DNA of 63,977 nucleotides, the filler included, from Octopus bimaculoides (taxonomy: Eukaryota), in assembly GCF_001194135.2 (NCBI RefSeq). It is 6 parts of 6 records of this genome, joined end to end, with 100 filler letters (N's around TTAATTAATTAA, not from the genome) between each part and the next. Parts side by side here need not be neighbours in the genome. Positions count along the whole stretch, not along the records: positions 62,798 to 63,977 come from NW_026326006.1; 5 more parts are not named here. One strand, 5' to 3'. Shown here in pieces: positions 63,901-63,977 of the stretch. The notes beneath the pieces were generated by a model. The model was not told where the DNA came from, did no database searches, and saw only the letters and a program-made list of their open reading frames with translations. The translations under genes were made by a program, and so were the position numbers. Numbering within the stretch: position 1 is the first letter of the stretch; each line of letters starts with the position of its first letter.

Positions 63901-63977
63901 CACCGCAGCAACAATAAAAGGTTGGAGAGGAGGTATAGGAAGAACAAGAACGGCAATTGTAACAAGAGGAATGGTGA

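Noticed and set aside
355-63903. Most entries in the six-frame ORF track (poly-X, YIYI, CVCV, HTHT, poly-D/T/V/L)
   Set aside because: They are translations of N-runs and microsatellites.

Overview
Repeat-saturated, AT-rich animal DNA with about 20 assembly gaps. The tRNA-derived SINE families and dense (AT)n/(GT)n/(TATG)n/(GATA)n/(AAT)n microsatellites point to an octopus or other coleoid cephalopod (inferred from repeat content). Almost all ORF-track entries are microsatellite or N-run artefacts. The one convincing host coding exon (54661-55235, +, cut by a gap) encodes an alpha-kinase-fold protein with apparently degenerate ATP-binding residues; a weaker acidic candidate exon lies at 21604-21765. 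The rest is mobile DNA: five or more SINE-like families (several copies with clean TSDs), three R4/Dong-like LINE 3' fragments adjoining (AAT)n tracts, a CRE-like LINE fragment, two deleted mariners, a maT-like element, a MITE with 8-bp TSD, a 251-bp foldback whose 77-bp arms derive from a tRNA-Thr-like sequence, and Penelope-like fragments with hammerhead ribozyme cores. No CRISPR, rRNA or prokaryotic system is seen. All family assignments are by eye from remembered motifs, not database searches.
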